Shown here: positions 8,679 through 17,658 of the stretch, in pieces
Numbering within the stretch: position 1 is the stretch's first letter
How the letters are laid out: every line of letters starts with the position of its first letter
Source of the DNA: a virus
Taxonomy: Duplodnaviria > Caudoviricetes
Virus record (IMG/VR): IMGVR_UViG_3300032292_000152
Location: 1 to 37,746 of that record
Length of the DNA stretch: 37,746 nucleotides
Strand: one strand, 5' to 3'
The notes under the pieces: model-generated
What the model was told of the DNA's origin: nothing
The model's database searches: none
What the model saw: only the letters and a program-made list of their open reading frames with translations
Translations under genes and position numbers: made by a program

Positions 8679-10013
8679 CGGACCGAGGAGCTTAAACCCT
8701 CCGCTGCCGGGAATAGGCGTCAACTTCTTGCCAGACGTACTGGGGGTCAAGGTGCTCGGCATCGTTGGCGCTTGATCGCCTTCGTATGGTTTTCCGGTGA
8801 GAGTTGCGCGATCCATCTCCCACGACTGTTTTGCATTCGGGGTGGGATTCATGAAATTACCCTGCGGCGGGTACTTCCTGTGACCAGCCATGATGATTTC
8901 CCTGAATTCAATCGGAATATCGTTCCACGACGGGAACTTCTTTTCGTCCTTAATCGTTTCGTTTATCAACCTGATGTATTTATCTTTTTCGACGTTCTTG
9001 GCCTCGGCAAGTGTCCCCCTGTCATCAATGACGCGGGTTGTTCCGTTGGCTTCGATGACGGTGAAATCACCAATCTTGGTGGTTTGATACGGAGACTTGC
9101 TCACTTCGCTGATCTTCTTCAAGAAGTCTGGGCTTGCTGCGCCGCCATTCTTCAAATAGGAATCAAGGATGAACGCCTGTCTCTCTGGCCCAAGCGGCAT
9201 TCCTTCGGCAGCAGCCAAAGCTTGCTTGTACGCATCGTAATTATTCTTTTCGTCAAGCCCCGTTTTCTTCTTCACGCCTTCCGAAAGCACCCGTGCCGAC
9301 CTCACCTGTGCTGGCGTCATATTGCTATCGTCAAATGCTTCACCAAGCGCCATTGCATTTCCTGCGTCTTCAATCAACGCCTTGGCTTTGGCAAGTTCCA
9401 CCTTTTGCAAGGCCGCAGCATCCTTTGCTTCAAGAGATTGAGTTTGAGCACCAATCAAGCCTGTCTTTGCCTCGACTTCAGCCTGACGGAGAAAGCGTTC
9501 CTTGGCGGCTAGCGTTTGAGTCGGGGTGTATTTAGCAAGCTCATCACTGGAAACGGTAGACGGAATCTTTCCGCCACCAGTATTCAGCATTTCAGTGTAT
9601 TGGGCAATGGCTTTTTCGTCCTGACTCTTTTTACCAATTTCAGCCATCCCGAGAATGTTGTTTAGGGCTTGAGGGATGCCCTTAGCAATCGTGGACTTTT
9701 CACGAGCAGACAGATTAGGGTCGGAAAGTGCGCCCATAACCTGACCAAACTGAGCTTGGACCTCTGGGTTCACATCCTTGAGGAATGGCTGAATTGCATT
9801 GCCAAAACGCTCTGCGGCTTTAATCTCCGCATCGAGCTGCTTGTTCTCCTTCTGCTGTTGAACAATGCTCTCAAAGCCCTTCAAGGCTCCGCCAACGGCA
9901 GATGTAATGCCCTGCGCCTGCATCTGAGCGGACTGCCCAGAAGCCTGCAAGAACGGCGTGTAATCAACAGCCGATAGCTCAGGTCTAATTTGACTGCCAG
10001 TTGCAACGGCCAT
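8676..10013 (-). CDS. Probable internal virion/ejection protein (445 aa)
   Basis: Helical Ala/Gln/Lys-rich protein in the middle of the three-gene ejectosome position. Confidence 0.6.
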   Translation of the reverse strand: MAVATGSQIRPELSAVDYTPFLQASGQSAQMQAQGITSAVGGALKGFESIVQQQKENKQLDAEIKAAERFGNAIQPFLKDVNPEVQAQFGQVMGALSDPNLSAREKSTIAKGIPQALNNILGMAEIGKKSQDEKAIAQYTEMLNTGGGKIPSTVSSDELAKYTPTQTLAAKERFLRQAEVEAKTGLIGAQTQSLEAKDAAALQKVELAKAKALIEDAGNAMALGEAFDDSNMTPAQVRSARVLSEGVKKKTGLDEKNNYDAYKQALAAAEGMPLGPERQAFILDSYLKNGGAASPDFLKKISEVSKSPYQTTKIGDFTVIEANGTTRVIDDRGTLAEAKNVEKDKYIRLINETIKDEKKFPSWNDIPIEFREIIMAGHRKYPPQGNFMNPTPNAKQSWEMDRATLTGKPYEGDQAPTMPSTLTPSTSGKKLTPIPGSGGFKLLGP

Positions 10014-10018
10014 AATAG

Positions 10019-11122
10019 TTAAGCGTAGGACAAACCTTTAGTGCTGACAAGGACTGCAATGCGAGAGTCCATCCATTTGCGGATGATAGATTTCAGTAGT
10101 GGCTTGTTGGCAATCCAAACGGCAAACTTCTCGCCATGCTTGATGTAAAGATTTCGGAACCAACTTGGAGCATTGTTCATAAGCCATTCACGGAACAAAA
10201 GCCATTTAGGATTGGTTTCTCCGTAAACCTCGCGAGCTACCCAGCAAGGTTTAGCAATTGCTGCTGCACCCATAGCACCAAGACCTTGAAATGCACCAGA
10301 AATCATGGTTGCACGAGCCTGAGCATTAGCTCCAGCAAGCTGCGCCTGAGAACCAAAAATTGCCGTATTGTAGCTACCAAGATTGCTCTGGTTCTGCATG
10401 GCCAAGTTAAGCCCCGCGTTGTAGTCCACAGCACGCGGCCCAATAGCCTGAGAACCCAATTGCTGGGCCATACCCATCTGTTGAGCCCCATAGCCTAGGG
10501 CACCAGATTGACGCCCCAGAATGGCTTGGAACGGGTCTGCGCTGATTGCCCGATTCATGCCGAAAGCAAGCTGACCAGCCTGAGCCGCCTCCGCACGACG
10601 CCGCGCAAGGATGTCTTCCCGGCCAAGAATCTCAGCAGCAATCGAAGACTGATCACCGACACGCCCACGGGCAAGACCAGCGGAACGCGCCTGCTGTTGC
10701 GCGGAACGCATCTGCTCAGGCGTAACCTGACCGGACGACGCATAGGCTTGTTCCGCCGCCTGCTGGCTCAACTCAGCCATACGCGCCGAATAGGGGTCAG
10801 CAGCACGCAGAGCAGCCGTTGCACGCCCGCCATACTTCTCCACGTCGCCAATGTCAGCAGCACGTTGAGCAGCCAGCGTCTCACGCTCAAGCGCAGCCGC
10901 CTGCCGCGTCGTGGCATCCTGCATCCCAAGCAGACCAGTCTGGTAGGTCTGGAGGTCAGCCAGATTGAGCGCAGCATACTGGGGACGGAGCTGCTTCTCA
11001 ACGTCCAGCATCTTCTGCTGCAACACAGGATCAGCCATCATCTCAGCCGTCCGACGATACTCGTCTGCCGCGCTAATAGGGGTTGGAGCAGGAGGGGGAG
11101 TGGGGGTTTTAACGGAAGCCAT
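10019..11122 (-). CDS. Probable pilot/ejection protein with C-terminal CWVAREVYG domain
   Basis: Ala/Gln-rich coiled region, a Gly/Ala hydrophobic stretch, then a C-terminal domain starting PCWVAREVYG. Confidence 0.6.
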   Translation of the reverse strand: MASVKTPTPPPAPTPISAADEYRRTAEMMADPVLQQKMLDVEKQLRPQYAALNLADLQTYQTGLLGMQDATTRQAAALERETLAAQRAADIGDVEKYGGRATAALRAADPYSARMAELSQQAAEQAYASSGQVTPEQMRSAQQQARSAGLARGRVGDQSSIAAEILGREDILARRRAEAAQAGQLAFGMNRAISADPFQAILGRQSGALGYGAQQMGMAQQLGSQAIGPRAVDYNAGLNLAMQNQSNLGSYNTAIFGSQAQLAGANAQARATMISGAFQGLGAMGAAAIAKPCWVAREVYGETNPKWLLFREWLMNNAPSWFRNLYIKHGEKFAVWIANKPLLKSIIRKWMDSRIAVLVSTKGLSYA

Positions 11123-11465
11123 AGTCTTTGACGCTTAGTTTAGCACAGAGGAGATTCGTAGGATAGGCTCTAAAGCCATCATTGCAGCCTTTATTACGCA
11201 TCCAACCCATGAATGGCAGGCTATACGGTGCCTGAGCTACAAACCAGCTTAAAACACCCTTGCCTGCCGCGTAATGCACATACCAACAGTCAGGGCTGTC
11301 TGGATGCCAATCAGACTCCCCAACGTCCTTCCTAACTGGCTTTGCTAGAAGAAGCCTATCGGGAGTGCTGAACACATACCCGTGGCACAAGTAGAACCCC
11401 AAATCCTGCTCAAAGCTCCATCCCTTGGATTTGTAGTAGTCCTTGGCTTCTTCTATTGGGCTCAA
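11109..11465 (-). CDS. Putative GNAT-like virion assembly protein (T7 gp13/P22 gp14 position)
   Basis: 118-aa aromatic-rich protein (CWYVHYAAG) just upstream of the ejection genes. The call is positional. Confidence 0.45.
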   Translation of the reverse strand: MSPIEEAKDYYKSKGWSFEQDLGFYLCHGYVFSTPDRLLLAKPVRKDVGESDWHPDSPDCWYVHYAAGKGVLSWFVAQAPYSLPFMGWMRNKGCNDGFRAYPTNLLCAKLSVKDYGFR

Positions 11466-11968
11466 ACTGGGGTGAGCGTGACTTTCCAGTTGGTGCCGTC
11501 AATCTTTACTAGCAAGTCGCCAGCATTCCAGCCAAAGCTGATGGCGTTAGGGGATGCGGCTGCTGTAACCATTGGAACAGTGCGACCAGTAGCGGTCCCG
11601 CTAGCAACGATTTGTCCCACAAAGGTGGAATCACCAGTTAGAAGCGAGGTTCCGTCAACGGACAGATTGGTGTTAATCTCAACACTCCCAGAGACGTTAA
11701 GCCCGTTAGACGTGGCAATGGTGCCACCAGTCGTAAGGGTGCCAGCCACCGTAAGATTGCTGCCACTCGTCCACGTTGGAGCACCAGTGCTCAACTTGCT
11801 TGGCGTAATACCACCGTTCTTCACGATGATCTGACCACCAGTTAGCTGAGTGGTCGTGTCGTCAACACAGCCAGCGGCAAACGTGGCTGCATCAACAAGG
11901 TTGTTGAGTTTAGTGGAAGTTACGGTGTCCGTGCCCGTAAACGTATATCCCTTAGATAGAATTGGCAT
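11462..11968 (-). CDS. Short tail fibre/spike-like protein
   Basis: N-terminal GYTF...TSTKLNNLVDAAT anchor, then Gly/Thr beta repeats (LTVAGTL, LNVSGSV, LSVDGTS). Confidence 0.65.
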   Translation of the reverse strand: MPILSKGYTFTGTDTVTSTKLNNLVDAATFAAGCVDDTTTQLTGGQIIVKNGGITPSKLSTGAPTWTSGSNLTVAGTLTTGGTIATSNGLNVSGSVEINTNLSVDGTSLLTGDSTFVGQIVASGTATGRTVPMVTAAASPNAISFGWNAGDLLVKIDGTNWKVTLTPV

Positions 11969-11980
11969 AAATGTGGTTAG

Positions 11981-13633
11981 TTAGAAGTTGTGACATAAAA
12001 CTTGAATCTGTCCATACTCAAACGTTGGGCTTCCGCCAACTGATCCAGACAACCTGAATCTAAAAATAACCTCTCCAAGTGCAGCCATTCCAGTAAGCTC
12101 AATAGCTCCAGAAACAGACACAAACGTACCGGGATTGTGAATGGATGCATCAATAGCGGTAACTTGAAACCAATTTGTTCCGCCGTCTATGCTGTACTGG
12201 ATTGCATATGAGGCATATGCTCCGCTCCCTATTCCAGAGAACTCACCAACTGCAAATACGCTAATCTTTGGGTTTGACCTTCCATACCTGTTTTCATACG
12301 AGCCATGACCCCACCCGAACAGCTTGCATCCAGTGATGGTAACGAATGCTGGAGTTATGGTGTCGAATCCGCTTGGTTTATTGGCACCATTGTCATCAAT
12401 CGTAAGCGTGTTAGAACCAAAAGTATTTCCAATATATGGAGCCGATGAACTGTTGTAGCACGCACCAGCAACGGCAATCTTTGGAGATTCAAGGCTTATG
12501 GTTGCCGTGATTGTTCCAGCCGTAATCTTACCCGCCTCAATCGTATCTATCTTTGCGCTGGTAATTGTAGCTGCTGCAATCTTTGATCCAGTAATCGTAA
12601 GATTTGCTATTTCATTGGCAGTGATGGTTGCCGTCTGTATTTTATCAGCAGTTATTGTCGCCGCAGAAATGTTTGAGGCAGTGATGGTGCCGGAAGAAAT
12701 ATTCGATCCGGTGATGGTTGCCGATCCAATGTTTGCCCCAGTAATCGTAGCGGATGAAATGTTTGATCCGGTGATGGTTGCGGCAGCAATCTGCGTCCCA
12801 GTCACCGTAGCATTGGCAATGTTTGATCCAGTAATCGTGGCGTTGTCGATCTTAGAGCCAGTTACAGTTGCGTTTGCAATGTTCGATCCAGTGATGGTCG
12901 CATTGGCAATGTTGGAGCCAGTGATGGTTGCGTTAGCCAGCTTTGATCCAGTCAGCGTTGCATTCTCAACCTTATCGTTGGTGATTGCGTTTGATGCAAT
13001 CTTGGCCCCATTGATAGTGAGATTATCAATCTGAGCCGCACTAATAGTAAGATTGGCAATTTTCGAAGCAGTGATGGTCTGGTCTACTAGATTTGCCGCG
13101 CTAATCGTTTGAGCCGCAATATTAGAACCAGAAATTGTAGAGGCAGAGATGTTTGACCCACTAACCGTAGATGCGGCAATATTTGCCCCACTAATTGTAG
13201 CAGCGGCAATGTTTGTACCGCTAATGGTTGCCGTTCCAATGTTGGTTCCGCTAATGGTTGCCGTAGCAATCTTAGTTCCAGTAATTGTAGCGTTCTCTAT
13301 CTGCGTGGCGGTGATCGTCGCATTAGCTATGTTAGCAGCCGAAATCGTGGCATTCCCTATTTTAGCACCAGTGATTGTAGCGTTTGCAATGTTTGTCGCA
13401 GTAATCGTGTCATTTGCAATTTGAGTTCCAGTGATGGAACCCGGCGCTGGCGCTGGCGACGATGACGAGATGTTGATTCCACTACTGTCTCTCACCACCG
13501 TGACATTTGTTCCAGCAACGATGTTAACTGTTGCATCATCAACCATCTTATTGAGACGAATAGCAGTGCTCTTCTTAGAGTCCCAATCGGAATTGGAATC
13601 GGTGAAGGTGTAGCCTCTGGTAATGTCTTTCAT
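11981..13633 (-). CDS. Fibre-like protein with a long 10-aa tandem repeat region
   Basis: About 30 repeats of I[TS]Gx[NK]IAxAT. The N-terminus resembles that of 11462..11968. Globular C-terminal domain. Confidence 0.75.
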   Translation of the reverse strand: MKDITRGYTFTDSNSDWDSKKSTAIRLNKMVDDATVNIVAGTNVTVVRDSSGINISSSSPAPAPGSITGTQIANDTITATNIANATITGAKIGNATISAANIANATITATQIENATITGTKIATATISGTNIGTATISGTNIAAATISGANIAASTVSGSNISASTISGSNIAAQTISAANLVDQTITASKIANLTISAAQIDNLTINGAKIASNAITNDKVENATLTGSKLANATITGSNIANATITGSNIANATVTGSKIDNATITGSNIANATVTGTQIAAATITGSNISSATITGANIGSATITGSNISSGTITASNISAATITADKIQTATITANEIANLTITGSKIAAATITSAKIDTIEAGKITAGTITATISLESPKIAVAGACYNSSSAPYIGNTFGSNTLTIDDNGANKPSGFDTITPAFVTITGCKLFGWGHGSYENRYGRSNPKISVFAVGEFSGIGSGAYASYAIQYSIDGGTNWFQVTAIDASIHNPGTFVSVSGAIELTGMAALGEVIFRFRLSGSVGGSPTFEYGQIQVLCHNF

Positions 13634-15609
13634 TATTCAGCAGACGACGTTGAGCCGTTTTGGATTGCGCCAGTGATCTTCACAGCCCTAATCTTGGGGC
13701 GTCCTTGGGTTGGTGCAACCGTAAACTGCGCTCCATATCCGCGTTTGTTTCCGATTCTAGAACGAATAGAAACGTCTTCAGCGGAAGCAACATAACTTCC
13801 ATACACCTCAAGCACACTGCCAAGATCGACGCTGGAATCTGGGTTCTCAACTTCCACGGAAATGTCGGCATCAGATTGAATGTTGCTGGCGCTCTCAATG
13901 TGCAGTTCATACGAGTTGAACCGCTTCCTATCCATCGTCGAATAGGTGTATTGACGAGTGGTGAGGATGGAGTTGATGTTTAGCTGCGTTATCACCGGGG
14001 GCGAAGACAACGTGAGGCACAGGTTGTCGTAGTAGTCGTTGGCATTAACCCCGGCTTCGTCGATGACGTGAATCCCGCCCTCCTTGCTCACCGTGTGCAG
14101 GCGATTAACCGTTCCAGCCCCAGAGCGCACAAAGCCAATGATGTTCCACTGACTGTTGCTGATCAAATCCAGCGATTCCCAGCCATTATTCAACAGATTG
14201 AAAACAACAACCGCATTGTTCACCGTAGAGGCATCCAAAGGCACCGCTAGGTAGTAGCGATTGTCGTGATAGACCCCAATGGCACCAGCCGCATAGTTCT
14301 TGTTGATGCGGCCCATGATTGGGTTGATGGGCTCCGACATAGGAACGGATGCCCCGCGCAAGTTGTAGAGGTCTTCAAAGTTGACGCTGTAAACCCCATT
14401 GTCCGAAAGGAACAGGATTTGATTGCCAATCTGAATAATGGACTTGCGGGCAACCGCACCCACTTCTCGCGTCACTTCCTGCACGCTTGAGTTCTGGAGG
14501 TCAGCACCAACACCGCGAATCAGGTGGATGGAGTTGCGGGCAAAGACAACCAACGCATCCTCCGAGAATGGATGCAGACCAACAATGAAATCGGACGATC
14601 CAGAAACAATCTTGAACTGGTTCTCAATCTGGTCGTAGGTATTTTGATCAAGGATGTCGGATGCAATTAGCTCATCGCTGACGTTGCGCGACGTAATTGT
14701 TGGCGTGCCAGACGTTCCAGCCATTGAGTAGTTGAATGGCATCCAGAGCCTACGCTGGTGATAGATTGCGTAAGGCGGGGCTGGCATATGCGTGAAGCCA
14801 AGACCGACAGACTGACGCTTGCCCACTGAAATCCTAGCCCCAGCAATGTCGCTTGCATCTGCCTTGAAAGAGAACGTCGTGGAAGTCTTGGCGTAAACCC
14901 TGTACTCGGTGAGCGGGTTGAGATTGGTTGTCCCGGCATCACTAACAATCACGGAATCACCAACCAGAATGAGGTGCCCGGATTCAGTGACGGTGACGAC
15001 GCCATTAACAATGGCAGTGTTGCCAGCCGTGTCATAAACAAGAGGCTGCGTGTAAACACCCCTGTCAACTAACGTGAACACAGGGCTTCCGGTGAGGGCA
15101 CTACCATCCCACTGGAATGCTACATTGCCGTCGCGGAATAGGAAGAGATAGTTGAAGGCTTGGATGACCTCGCACGTTGAATCAACCGTCTGACCAGCGG
15201 GATAGGTGATGTTGTAGGAAACGCTGGTGTTGCTGGTCTTTACGAGGATTGCCCTGCTGGTCGTAGCCAGCACGATGTATTCCGTGTTTGCAGCAGACTG
15301 ATCCGAATAGAGACAGGTTCCGTAGATGGCAACTGCCGCAGCATCGTTTAGAACGGGAGGAGACGCATCATTTAGCGTCAACGGAAGCACCACTGCTCCA
15401 GCACCATTAGCAATGTTAGCAAAGACGTTCCTATAGCCCTTCCGCGTCTGCCACGAGCCATCCACGTCCATGCGCCCATTCTGGCTTACGGCAACCTCTC
15501 CCGGCTTTAGCTGATCAGGACGGAGACGTTGATTGAGCGCGGCAAAAGCCGTGTCCCCGTCGTCAATTAGCTGGCTATCAAGCCTACCGAATGAGGCATA
15601 TCTTGGCAT
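13633..15609 (-). CDS. Tail nozzle/packaged-DNA stabilisation protein (T7 gp12/P22 gp10-like)
   Basis: 658-aa beta-rich protein with propeller-like motifs (VGAVARKSI, ILFLSDNGVY, SEPINPI, YHDNRYYLAVP). Confidence 0.8.
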   Translation of the reverse strand: MPRYASFGRLDSQLIDDGDTAFAALNQRLRPDQLKPGEVAVSQNGRMDVDGSWQTRKGYRNVFANIANGAGAVVLPLTLNDASPPVLNDAAAVAIYGTCLYSDQSAANTEYIVLATTSRAILVKTSNTSVSYNITYPAGQTVDSTCEVIQAFNYLFLFRDGNVAFQWDGSALTGSPVFTLVDRGVYTQPLVYDTAGNTAIVNGVVTVTESGHLILVGDSVIVSDAGTTNLNPLTEYRVYAKTSTTFSFKADASDIAGARISVGKRQSVGLGFTHMPAPPYAIYHQRRLWMPFNYSMAGTSGTPTITSRNVSDELIASDILDQNTYDQIENQFKIVSGSSDFIVGLHPFSEDALVVFARNSIHLIRGVGADLQNSSVQEVTREVGAVARKSIIQIGNQILFLSDNGVYSVNFEDLYNLRGASVPMSEPINPIMGRINKNYAAGAIGVYHDNRYYLAVPLDASTVNNAVVVFNLLNNGWESLDLISNSQWNIIGFVRSGAGTVNRLHTVSKEGGIHVIDEAGVNANDYYDNLCLTLSSPPVITQLNINSILTTRQYTYSTMDRKRFNSYELHIESASNIQSDADISVEVENPDSSVDLGSVLEVYGSYVASAEDVSIRSRIGNKRGYGAQFTVAPTQGRPKIRAVKITGAIQNGSTSSAE

Positions 15610-15615
15610 TTGCCC

Positions 15616-15624
15616 ATTCTACCA
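15616..15624 (-). promoter_or_regulatory. Putative extended -10 promoter (TGgTAGAAT) 6 nt before the ATG
   Basis: The minus strand reads TGG-TAGAAT-GGGCAA-ATG. Confidence 0.5.
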
Positions 15625-15627
15625 CCC

Positions 15628-15771
15628 TCAGCGAACCGACTTGCGTGCAGAATGGACTCCCTTAATCGTGCCCTTGTTCTCTGCCGCGTAGAAGACTTGC
15701 TTGGCCTTTTTGGGGCCATACTGCTCCTTCATTGCAGCAAAAATAGCCTTACCCTTTTTAGTGAGTGGCAT
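15628..15771 (-). CDS. Small basic protein (47 aa, not in the ORF track)
   Basis: MPLTKKGKAIFAAMKEQYGPKKAKQVFYAAENKGTIKGVHSARKSVR*. TAATG coupling with the upstream ORF. Confidence 0.85.
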   Translation of the reverse strand: MPLTKKGKAIFAAMKEQYGPKKAKQVFYAAENKGTIKGVHSARKSVR

Positions 15772-15917
15772 TAGCTGCAAGACTTTCGGCCACAGCAACC
15801 GTTGCCCTTCATTTTGGCACCTTTGCCATATTCCATCTCACGGTCACGCTTGCTCTCGCCGCGCTCGTGCTTAACCATCTGCTTCTTAGACTTGTACTTC
15901 TCGCCGTGTTTGCTCAT
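15771..15917 (-). CDS. Small basic protein (48 aa, not in the ORF track)
   Basis: MSKHGEKYKSKKQMVKHERGESKRDREMEYGKGAKMKGNGCCGRKSCS*. Confidence 0.8.
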   Translation of the reverse strand: MSKHGEKYKSKKQMVKHERGESKRDREMEYGKGAKMKGNGCCGRKSCS

Positions 15918-15925
15918 GGCTTATT

Positions 15926-16168
15926 TTAGCATCCCCAAGCCTTGCGACTCCAATAATTGGCAGACAACTTGTTAGCCGTTCCCTTAATGCCTCCAGAACG
16001 GGCGCAGTAGGAAGCCTTACGCTCAGGAGAAGACTTCTTAATGGTCATGTTAGCGTCTCCAAAGCGCACCACCTTGGACTTGCCGTTCTGGCAGGCTCGT
16101 ACAACCGACTTCTTGCCGCCTTGGACATCCCGGCGCGGCTGGTTACATGGCAAATCCCTTGGGTTCAT
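15926..16168 (-). CDS. Small basic conserved phage protein (80 aa)
   Basis: VRFGDANM...RKASYCARS...SANYWSRKAW, a motif pattern I recall from aquatic phages. Confidence 0.8.
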   Translation of the reverse strand: MNPRDLPCNQPRRDVQGGKKSVVRACQNGKSKVVRFGDANMTIKKSSPERKASYCARSGGIKGTANKLSANYWSRKAWGC

Positions 16169-16287
16169 TTCTTCCGCTTCTTCATCTTAACGCATCCGTT
16201 AAGGCCCACACGGCGATAGCCATCCCAGCAGGCTTTGCCGCCAGTGCCCTGATCTTTGCCAGCCTTGTTTACATTCTTGTTCTTCAC
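16165..16287 (-). CDS. Small basic protein with CWxGY motif (40 aa, GTG start, not in the ORF track)
   Basis: MKNKNVNKAGKDQGTGGKACWDGYRRVGLNGCVKMKKRKK*. Overlaps both neighbours by 4 nt. Confidence 0.7.
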   Translation of the reverse strand: MKNKNVNKAGKDQGTGGKACWDGYRRVGLNGCVKMKKRKK

Positions 16288-16469
16288 AGGATAACCTTCT
16301 TCTTACGGGTTCTAAGACGATAGACGATTGAGTAGATGCCAGCCGAAATAGCTAGCAGAGATGCAATGATTTTAAGCGCCCAGTCTAGTTGCTCCTGCCA
16401 AGCCGCAATAGACGATGATGCGCTTACAACTGCCAGAATGTCGCTTCCGACTTGCCGTGAATAGTTCAT
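16284..16469 (-). CDS. Small membrane protein, putative holin/antiholin
   Basis: Hydrophobic segment(s) followed by a strongly basic C-terminus (RLRTRKKK). Confidence 0.6.
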   Translation of the reverse strand: MNYSRQVGSDILAVVSASSSIAAWQEQLDWALKIIASLLAISAGIYSIVYRLRTRKKKVIL

Positions 16470-16927
16470 TTGATTGATGCGGCAGACATCTTCTGCTCAG
16501 TGCGAACACCGAACCAGTAACCCACGGAGATGGAGAACATCCCAAATGTAGACGTGATGATGAAATTCATTAGTTCCGGTTGTTCACTACGATACCACAC
16601 GGCGAGCGTCGTAGAGCTAATCCAGAGAGCCACTGTAAGGCCGGGGCGGAACAGAGCAATGATGTCTGTAACTACGCCAGAATTGGGACGGGCAGCAGCC
16701 TGAGCATCAATGGCTTTGCCAAACAACGTGGCGCTAGTCTCCTCCGTAGTTTGCCGTAGGTTGATTTCAGCCTTCTGCAAATCAATCTGGGACACAACCT
16801 TTAGCTCTTCCATCCGCATGGAATGCTTGTCCTTAGCCTCCTTCATGGAGAGCCACTTTTGAAAGATGGCTCCCCCGAGTCCTAAAACACCACCTAGTGG
16901 ACCCGCCAGAAGTGTTGAGAGGTCCAT
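16466..16927 (-). CDS. Holin-like membrane protein (3TM GTA-holin-like)
   Basis: N-terminal hydrophobic helix, coiled linker, FRPGLT, two TM segments and the C-terminal GYWFG.R motif. Confidence 0.7.
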   Translation of the reverse strand: MDLSTLLAGPLGGVLGLGGAIFQKWLSMKEAKDKHSMRMEELKVVSQIDLQKAEINLRQTTEETSATLFGKAIDAQAAARPNSGVVTDIIALFRPGLTVALWISSTTLAVWYRSEQPELMNFIITSTFGMFSISVGYWFGVRTEQKMSAASIK

Positions 16928-17022
16928 AAGTGGTGTTATTTTATGCGTTAAGCCCCAATTTGGGCTTTAACGGCTGTTTAGTTGGGCTTTAAGATGCCCT
17001 CTAAACAGCCATTGCTGATCGT

Positions 17023-17430
17023 TTAAGGTAGTTCGTTTAGGTAGATAGCCTTCCCGTTAAGGGCAACGGCAAGTATATCATACGATTGAGTTTCTGTAAC
17101 AGGACTGTGAACCATAAGTCCGCTAGGAAGAATTCTGGCTGTTTTTACCTCAATTCTAAAACATTTATTATCTTTTATGATAACCATGTCGCATGGACCA
17201 TGTTGAGAGACATTCCTAAAAACATGGTATCCCTTAGAAAGAAGGTCTGAACAAACAATGAGTTCATTCATTGCCCCAATAAATGGCTTTGCAACGGGCG
17301 CTTTGTCTTGCGACATGTACTTTTGTCCGCTGCATTTTACAGAACAAAACCTAGCTTGAGGTCTTTTATGGCTGGGCATGGGCTTATTGCAGTTTTCACA
17401 TACCCAGCCAGAAGGCTCATTAGAGGCCAT
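17023..17430 (-). CDS. Zinc-finger plus PD-(D/E)XK endonuclease
   Basis: CENC...FCSVKC zinc finger, then GAMNE...GY.VF...PCDMVI...RIEVKT...DILAV. AT-rich. Start placed at MASNEP (17430). Confidence 0.8.
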   Translation of the reverse strand: MASNEPSGWVCENCNKPMPSHKRPQARFCSVKCSGQKYMSQDKAPVAKPFIGAMNELIVCSDLLSKGYHVFRNVSQHGPCDMVIIKDNKCFRIEVKTARILPSGLMVHSPVTETQSYDILAVALNGKAIYLNELP

Positions 17431-17440
17431 TGCGTTTGTT

Positions 17441-17602
17441 TTAAGGCGATTTGCCGTCAAACTCGACTACTTTGTCGTCCTTGGGCTTAATGGCTTCAAG
17501 AAGCACCTCTGCGGACTTCTTGAGCAGTTCATGCTCTTCCGCCGTAAGAGGGGCGCGACGACTAGCGTTATACAGGTTGTTTAGTGCTTGAATGGTAGGC
17601 AT
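17441..17602 (-). CDS. Hypothetical protein (53 aa, not in the ORF track)
   Basis: MPTIQALNNLYNASRRAPLTAEEHELLKKSAEVLLEAIKPKDDKVVEFDGKSP*. Fills the gap in the operon. Confidence 0.75.
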   Translation of the reverse strand: MPTIQALNNLYNASRRAPLTAEEHELLKKSAEVLLEAIKPKDDKVVEFDGKSP

Positions 17603-17658
17603 CGCCGGAATGGTGTTTGCGCTAGTTAATCAGTCAAGATTGAAACGCAATAGGCAGC

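Noticed and set aside
12498-13424. CRISPR array or plus-strand repeat ORFs in the 30-bp periodic region
   Set aside because: The periodicity comes from the minus-strand decapeptide protein repeat. There are no identical repeats with unique spacers and no cas genes.
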